From contig WGLQ01000003.1 in the NCBI GenBank assembly GCA_016125495.1, positions 1 through 64,000 of the forward strand: DNA of 64,000 nucleotides. The letters are read 5' to 3'. The notes under the pieces are model-generated. The model saw only the letters and a program-made list of their open reading frames with translations, had not been told where the DNA came from and made no database searches. A program made the position numbers and the translations under genes. Origin of the DNA: Hyphomicrobiales bacterium (GTDB lineage: Bacteria; Pseudomonadota; Alphaproteobacteria; Rhizobiales; RI-29). Of this stretch, positions 58,420-64,000 are shown piece after piece (position 1 is the stretch's first letter; each line of letters opens with the position of its first letter).

Positions 58420-59874
58420 TCATTTCCGGCGCCGTCCGGCCTCGGCCTCGAGCGCGTCGAGGTCCGGCCGGGGGCGGCGCAGGCTGTCGTCGCGCTCGAA
58501 CAGAGCCTCGAGCGTCACTGCGACATCGGCAAGGAAGGCGTCGTGATGCAGCCTTCCGATGATCTGGATTCCGAACGGCAAGCCACCCTCGCCACGCCCG
58601 CATGGCAGCGCGACCACGGGGTTGCCCATGAGCGTCACGCCGTAGGCGATCGCCTCCCAGCGAAGATAATTGGACATCGGCTCGCCGTTGATCGCCTTGG
58701 GCCATTCCTCCTCGTGGCGGAAGGGTGGCACCGACGCGCAGGGCGTCACGAGGAGATCATAGGTTTCGAAGAACGCCTGCGAGCGGCGATGAATACGGGA
58801 ATGCTCCCCCGTCGCCCAGGCGATCTCGTCGATGCCGACCTCCATCCCGCGCTCCACCTCGAAGCGCACATTGGACGCGAGAGCGGATCTGTCACGGTCG
58901 TACAGCGCCTTGAAATCGTGCACGAATTCGAGACTGCGCATCGCCGCGAGAACGCGATCGACGGTTCCGAGATCCGGGCATGCATCCTCGAGGGAGCCAA
59001 ACCAGCCGGCAAAGCGGGCGAGGCGCTCGCGAAAGGTGCGACGCACGCCGTTGTCGACGGGAGCGAAACCCAGGTCCTCGCTGACGGCGACCTTGAGGCG
59101 CGAAAGGTCGATCGGGCGGGACGGACCGTCGAAGGCCGGATCGCGCGGAAAAGACAGCGGATCGAAACTCTCGCCGCTCGCCATGGCCGCGAGCAGGAGC
59201 CGGGCATCGCGCGCTTCGCGCCCCATCGGACCTTCGACGTTGAAGGGCGAAAAGCCGAATGCCCGGCGCTCGTTGGCGACGGTGCCGGCGGACGGGCGGA
59301 TGCCGGTGATGCCATTGAACGAGGCGGGTGTGCGCAGCGAGCCGGCGAAGTCCGAGCCCATGGCAAGTGGCACAAGCCCGGACGCGAGGGCGACCGCCGT
59401 GCCACCGGAGGAGCCGGCGGCCGTGAAGCGGATGTCGTGTGGATTGGCGGTCGTGCCCCAGAGCGGATTTGCGCTGGTCGCGCCGAAGCCGAGTTCGGGA
59501 ATATTCGTCTTGCCGAGCACGATGGCGCCCTGGCGGCGGAGGTGGGCGACAATGAACTCGTCGGTGGCGGCGACGTTGTCCCGATAGAGGAACGAGCCGT
59601 AGGTGGTCGCGAGCCCGGCCGCATCGTTCATGTCCTTGATGCCGATCGGCAGGCCATGCAGGGGGCCCAGCGGGTCGCCGCGCATCACGGCCTGCTCGGC
59701 GACCGCGGCCTCGGCGAGCGCCTGTTCCGGTTTCATGTCGCAGAACGCGACCAGCACGCCGTTGAGCCGCTCGATGCGCGCGAGATAGTGGCGCACCACC
59801 TCGCGGGGCGACACGATCTTGGCGCCGATCAGGCGGCGCAATTCAACCGCGCTCAGCTCGTGGATTTCCGGCAT
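58420..59874 (-). CDS. amidase-signature (AS) family amidase
   Basis: 484 aa. Ser-cisSer-Lys triad contexts (GIKD...K, GGSSGGTAVALASG). Confidence 0.85.
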   Translation of the reverse strand: MPEIHELSAVELRRLIGAKIVSPREVVRHYLARIERLNGVLVAFCDMKPEQALAEAAVAEQAVMRGDPLGPLHGLPIGIKDMNDAAGLATTYGSFLYRDNVAATDEFIVAHLRRQGAIVLGKTNIPELGFGATSANPLWGTTANPHDIRFTAAGSSGGTAVALASGLVPLAMGSDFAGSLRTPASFNGITGIRPSAGTVANERRAFGFSPFNVEGPMGREARDARLLLAAMASGESFDPLSFPRDPAFDGPSRPIDLSRLKVAVSEDLGFAPVDNGVRRTFRERLARFAGWFGSLEDACPDLGTVDRVLAAMRSLEFVHDFKALYDRDRSALASNVRFEVERGMEVGIDEIAWATGEHSRIHRRSQAFFETYDLLVTPCASVPPFRHEEEWPKAINGEPMSNYLRWEAIAYGVTLMGNPVVALPCGRGEGGLPFGIQIIGRLHHDAFLADVAVTLEALFERDDSLRRPRPDLDALEAEAGRRRK

Positions 59875-60118
59875 CGGGCCCTGGTTCGGTGACGAAGCGA
59901 CCTAGCTCTTGCTGATTGTTGATTGTTGACAATCTCAGAGTCAAGATGGCTCGACCGTCAGGACGCGGATGGCTCCCATCGAAATCTCGCGGGTCGGGAG
60001 CCAGCGGGCGTGATCGTGGGTGGCAACGCGCCCGCCCTCAGGTCCTCGGGCCGGCCATCGAGCGCCCGGCGCACCGCCAGTCGCCCGATGCCCGTCCATA
60101 TCATCTCGGTCGGCTCGT

Positions 60119-60298
60119 TCAGAGCCCGCGAACGAGATTGCCGATCATCAGGATGATGTAGCCCGAAACGGCGAGCCACAGGTTCTGGTTCGGGAACTTG
60201 AACGGCACCTGGATCAGGCCGAGGTGACTGACGACCGCGAGGCCAACCAGGACCAGCGAGATGAGGAAGACGAAAACGGTCGGCGGATTGAGGCGCAT
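60119..60298 (-). CDS. small membrane protein (59 aa)
   Basis: MRLNPPTVFVFLISLVLVGLAVVSHLGLIQVPFKFPNQNLWLAVSGYIILMIGNLVRGL. Two TM helices. Strong GC3 bias. Only the first 59 codons of the 407-aa track ORF look genuine. Confidence 0.4.
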   Translation of the reverse strand: MRLNPPTVFVFLISLVLVGLAVVSHLGLIQVPFKFPNQNLWLAVSGYIILMIGNLVRGL

Positions 60299-60532
60299 GG
60301 CGGACCTCCGTTGGATGGCTGAATCGTCCCATATGTGTAGAGCATCGTCAGGCGGCGCGAGAGGGCATCGCCGCGATGGCTGTGGAGAGGACGCGCGGAT
60401 GTCGTTGCGAGGCAACAGCGGGCGCGGCATCGGTGCTGCAGTGATGGCGACGGTTGGTGCGGACGCGGCGTCCGGGTATGGCTGCGACCGGCGGGGCGCC
60501 GAGAGGCCTTGGAACGAGCCGAGTGAAGAGAC

Positions 60533-61420
60533 GTGACCAGAGCGCACGAAGCGGGCAGGGCGCCCACCATCGACGACCTCTTCGTCTGCGTCGGCGCCCA
60601 GAAGGCGGGCACGACTTGGCTGGCGCGCGTGCTGGCGAGCCACCCCGAGCTGTTCGTGACACCGGTCAAGGAAATCCACTACTTCGATCATCTGGCTGGC
60701 ATCACCAAGCATCTCTCGGACAAGAAGCGGCGCTCGCGCTACCGCAAATACCATCAGCGGCTCTGGACCCAGCCTCACCGCATCAGCCAGCACATGGGCC
60801 ACTGGGGTTGGTATCGCCGCTACATGGCCAACCCGATCGACGACGACTGGTATCGCGGGCTCTTCGCCGAACGCGGCGGCAAGCGCTTCGCGGGCGAGGC
60901 GACGCCCGAATACGCGATCATCGGCAGGGATGGTTTCTCGCACCTGCGCCGCCTCGCGCCGGGTGTGCGCGTGCTCTTCATCCTGCGCAATCCGGTAGCG
61001 CGAGCCTGGTCGCAGGCGCTCCACCACTGCCGTGCCAGCGGGCTCGATGCGACCCGCCAGAGCCCCGAGGCGCTCGAAATCCTTCTCGCATCGGGTCGGT
61101 TTGCCGAACTCGGCAACTACATGGCAACGCTCGACGATCTCGAAGCTTGCTTCGAGCCGGGGCAGGTCTCGGTGCTGTTCTACGAGGACATCCACGCCGA
61201 CCGGCTCGCCGCCCTCGAGCGGATCTGCGATTTCATCGGTCTTTCTTTTTCTTCCGCATGGTTTCCGGAGCTGGGGCGGCGCTACAATCGCTCGCAGGAG
61301 GTGAGCCTGCCGGCGGGGCTGCGTGCCCATCTCGCCGCGCAATACCGCCCCCTCGCCAGCGCCATCGCCGACCGCCTCGGCCGCGTGCCGGATAGCTGGG
61401 CCCGCGAAATGGCGATTTGA
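60533..61420 (+). CDS. sulfotransferase family protein (PAPS-dependent)
   Basis: 295 aa, GTG start. 5'-PSB motif FVCVGAQKAGTTWL. 3'-PB region LFILRNPVARAWSQ. Confidence 0.7.
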   Translation: MTRAHEAGRAPTIDDLFVCVGAQKAGTTWLARVLASHPELFVTPVKEIHYFDHLAGITKHLSDKKRRSRYRKYHQRLWTQPHRISQHMGHWGWYRRYMANPIDDDWYRGLFAERGGKRFAGEATPEYAIIGRDGFSHLRRLAPGVRVLFILRNPVARAWSQALHHCRASGLDATRQSPEALEILLASGRFAELGNYMATLDDLEACFEPGQVSVLFYEDIHADRLAALERICDFIGLSFSSAWFPELGRRYNRSQEVSLPAGLRAHLAAQYRPLASAIADRLGRVPDSWAREMAI

Positions 61421-61497
61421 GGGATTGAAAAGCCGGCTGGAGGTCGGGAACGACCTCCACGCCCGTGTTCATGTTCGTGGCCGAGAGGTCCCGCCGC

Positions 61498-62709
61498 TCA
61501 GCCCATCGCCTTCTGCAGGTTGGTGTCGATTTTGTCGAGGAAGCCGGTCGTCGTCAGCCACTTCTGGTCCGGGCCGACGAGGAGCGCGAGGTCCTTCGTC
61601 ATGTCGCCGGCCTCGACCGTGTCGATGCAGACCCGCTCGAGGGTCGTGGCAAAGCGGGCCAGCGCCTCGTTGCCGTCGAGCTTTGCCCTGTGGGCGAGGC
61701 CGCGCGTCCAGGCGAAGATCGACGCGATCGGGTTGGTGGAGGTCGCCTTGCCCTTCTGGTGCTCACGGTAATGGCGCGTGACGGTACCGTGCGCCGCCTC
61801 GGCCTCGACCGTCTTGCCGTCGGGCGTCATCAGCACGCTGGTCATGAGCCCGAGCGAGCCGAAACCCTGGGCGACCGTGTCGGACTGCACGTCGCCGTCG
61901 TAGTTCTTGCAGGCCCAGACGTAGCCACCGCTCCACTTCAGCGACGCGGCGACCATGTCGTCGATCAGCCGGTGCTCGTAGTGGATGCCCTTTTTCTTGA
62001 ATTCGCCCGCGAATTCGGCGTCGTAAATCTCCTGGAAGAGATCCTTGAAGCGACAGTCGTAGGCCTTGAGGATGGTGTTCTTGGTGGAGAGATAAACAGG
62101 ATAACCGCGAGAGAGACCGTAATTCAAGGAGGCGCGCGCGAAATCGCGGATGCTGTCGTCGAGGTTGTACATCGCCATGGCGACGCCCGAGCCCGGCGCC
62201 TGGAAGACCTCGTGCTCGATGGTCTTGCCGTCGTCGCCGACGAACTTGATGGTGAGCTTGCCGGCGCCGGGGAAGCGGAAATCGGTCGCCCGATACTGGT
62301 CGCCGAAGGCATGGCGCCCGACGATGATCGGCTCCGTCCAGCCGGGCACGAGGCGCGGCACGTTCTTCATGATGATCGGCTCGCGGAAGATGACACCGCC
62401 GAGGATGTTGCGAATCGTCCCGTTCGGCGAACGCCACATCTTTTTCAAGCCGAATTCCTCGACGCGGGCCTCGTCCGGCGTGATGGTCGCGCATTTGACG
62501 CCGACCCCGTGACGCTTGATGGCGTTGGCCGCATCGATGGTCACCTGGTCGCCGGTCGCGTCGCGGTGCTCGATGCCGAGGTCGTAGTACTCGAGGTTCA
62601 CATCGAGGTAGGGGTGGATCAGCTTGTCCTTGATGAACTGCCAGATGATGCGGGTCATCTCGTCGCCGTCGAGTTCGACGACGGGGTTGGCGACCTTGAT
62701 CTTGGGCAT
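61498..62709 (-). CDS. icd: NADP-dependent isocitrate dehydrogenase (eukaryotic-like homodimeric type)
   Basis: 403 aa from [23 protein letters not shown]. Collinear with type-II NADP-IDH ([23 protein letters not shown]). Confidence 0.9.
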   Translation of the reverse strand: MPKIKVANPVVELDGDEMTRIIWQFIKDKLIHPYLDVNLEYYDLGIEHRDATGDQVTIDAANAIKRHGVGVKCATITPDEARVEEFGLKKMWRSPNGTIRNILGGVIFREPIIMKNVPRLVPGWTEPIIVGRHAFGDQYRATDFRFPGAGKLTIKFVGDDGKTIEHEVFQAPGSGVAMAMYNLDDSIRDFARASLNYGLSRGYPVYLSTKNTILKAYDCRFKDLFQEIYDAEFAGEFKKKGIHYEHRLIDDMVAASLKWSGGYVWACKNYDGDVQSDTVAQGFGSLGLMTSVLMTPDGKTVEAEAAHGTVTRHYREHQKGKATSTNPIASIFAWTRGLAHRAKLDGNEALARFATTLERVCIDTVEAGDMTKDLALLVGPDQKWLTTTGFLDKIDTNLQKAMG

Positions 62710-62882
62710 CGGGGGCCTCGCGCGATGATGGCGCCGGCGCGCCGCCGGCAATTGGGCCTTCTCCTAGCCGAGCCGCAAGCCGGCGCCAATCGTAGGTTAG
62801 GCGAATAACGTTCGCAGCTCGCGCCCGACCGTGGGCGCGACATGGCGCGGGCCGGGCCGGCGGATGCTACGGCGTGACCGGG

Positions 62883-63482
62883 TCAGAGTGCCCTCGGCAG
62901 TTCCATTGCGGCCGGCGCACGCAACGGCGCCACTTCGCCGTGGCCGAGAACCCTCGGGACCGCGAACGGACATGCGAGAAGGGCCGCCTCGGACAAGGCC
63001 AGTCGGCTGTCGTCGCAACCGTCCTGGGTCTCGTGTCCTCGCGCCAGCCCGGTGTCGGACGATCGGGCGCCGACGCCGAGGTCCGAAACCGCGCCGGCTC
63101 CGGCCATGGGATGGACGAGGAGGCCCGACGGTTCACGTGCGGCGGATTCGTCGTGGGCTTCGTCGGTGGCCCTCGAACCGGTCAGAGCGGCACGCACGAT
63201 CGCCAGCCGCTGCTCCTCGACGGGGTCGACCACCACGACGTCGCCCGTCCAATCGTCGCTTTCGCCGAAACCTCGGGCCGCGACCGGACTCACGGCCACG
63301 ACCGGGGCGGACACCCCGCCCGAGGACAGGAGGGCACGCCCGTTCGGAACGGCAGCGGCAGCCAGCGCTGCACCGAGCCCGAGCAACGCGATGGCGAACC
63401 AGCCACGGTCCCGCCGATCGCCCCACCAGGGATGCGCCGAAACCTGCCTGTGTCCAGCCGATCGATCAGCGATCGTCACCAT
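62883..63482 (-). CDS. hypothetical membrane-anchored protein
   Basis: 199 aa. One TM (WFAIALLGLGAALAAAAV). Moderate GC3 bias. More protein-like than the overlapping Arg-rich plus-strand ORFs. Confidence 0.3.
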   Translation of the reverse strand: MVTIADRSAGHRQVSAHPWWGDRRDRGWFAIALLGLGAALAAAAVPNGRALLSSGGVSAPVVAVSPVAARGFGESDDWTGDVVVVDPVEEQRLAIVRAALTGSRATDEAHDESAAREPSGLLVHPMAGAGAVSDLGVGARSSDTGLARGHETQDGCDDSRLALSEAALLACPFAVPRVLGHGEVAPLRAPAAMELPRAL

Positions 63483-63582
63483 CCCTCACCCTTTGTCCTG
63501 CGGTTCTGACCCATCGTCAGGAGGCCCCGAGAGCAATGCCGGTCCGAAACGTATCTTCACATGAGCCGACCGCGCCGCGCGT

Positions 63583-63987
63583 TCAAGGGCGGCTGCGGTT
63601 CCGGGCCCCCGTACGGCGCGCTTCGGCGGGGAAAACCGTGCGCCATAACACCAAAGTGAAGACCGACATCGCCGAAAAGATCACGCCGGCAAGGACGAGG
63701 GCCAGCCGACGGTCACCCTCGGCGCGCGCATTGGCGCGGGGCACCGCGACGCCGACGCGGCCGACGGAAGGTTGCATCGGCGCGAGCGCGAGACGCGGGT
63801 TCTCGGAACGTGGCCGTGCCACGGCCCCAAGCTCCCGCGATCGCTCGACCAGGGCATCGGGCCGATAGAGCGCACGCCCGGCTCCCGGCGCACCCGTCCC
63901 ATGGAGGTCACCCGTCCCGCCCTGCCACGGGGCCCCGAACGGTTCGTCCGGCCCCGCTGGACCGGTGGCGAACTCCGACTGCGACAC
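63583..63987 (-). CDS. hypothetical protein with C-terminal TM segment (possibly 5'-truncated by window edge)
   Basis: 134 aa ORF ending in LALVLAGVIFSAMSVFTLVLW. Weak evidence. Confidence 0.2.
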   Translation of the reverse strand: MSQSEFATGPAGPDEPFGAPWQGGTGDLHGTGAPGAGRALYRPDALVERSRELGAVARPRSENPRLALAPMQPSVGRVGVAVPRANARAEGDRRLALVLAGVIFSAMSVFTLVLWRTVFPAEARRTGARNRSRP

Positions 63988-64000
63988 CGTGAAGCGGCTG

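Noticed and set aside
60119-61342. 407-aa minus-strand ORF opposite the sulfotransferase
   Set aside because: Only the 3'-terminal 59 codons (the small membrane protein) lie outside the sulfotransferase gene and look real. The remainder is antisense.

Overview
High-GC (about 65-70%) chromosomal segment with an alphaproteobacterial (Rhizobiales-like) gene content, about 65 genes at dense coding occupancy.

Main blocks, left to right:
1. Complete arsenite oxidase locus aioX-aioS-aioR-aioB-aioA on the minus strand (2114-8993). It has a textbook sigma-54 promoter and upstream TCCGGA repeats in front of aioBA. Carnitine-type genes (CaiD-like crotonase, LcdH-like dehydrogenase) follow aioA directly instead of the usual cytC/moeA.
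2. A cell-envelope module (9279-13965): a secreted PG-binding/DUF4189-like protein, a secreted caspase-fold (C14) protein with Sel1 repeats and a PG-binding tail, and an orphan MBOAT O-acyltransferase.
3. Two abutting non-canonical tRNA-like genes (14312-14458).
4. A mostly housekeeping stretch: SPFH, NifU-like, folE, hisI, patatin, CBS, PAS_5, tandem PilZ, tRNA-Asp, an MBL-fold hydrolase, tRNA-Leu, tig-clpP-clpX-lon, hup, tRNA-Val.
5. A sulfur amino acid block: cysteine synthase family, AlaX-like editing protein, sseA, metC-like lyase.
6. A davBA-like pair (flavin amino-acid 2-monooxygenase plus CN-hydrolase) with an SDR, then tRNA-Arg.
7. Two amine/amino-acid catabolic-transport islands. The first is a polyamine-type ABC importer with an embedded double cyclase-family protein, a class-III aminotransferase and GntR. 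The second is a class-I aminotransferase, ALDH, RidA, a racemase-fold/class-III aminotransferase fusion, an amino-acid ABC importer and an amidase.
8. An orphan sulfotransferase and NADP-isocitrate dehydrogenase.

No CRISPR array, transposase, integrase or phage genes were seen.

Many long ORFs in the six-frame track are antisense or alternate-frame artefacts of the high GC and were rejected. The ORF track also renders GTG/TTG starts as M.

Candidates for something new are the MBOAT plus secreted-caspase pair, the aberrant tRNA-like pair at a possible island edge, and the racemase-aminotransferase fusion cluster.
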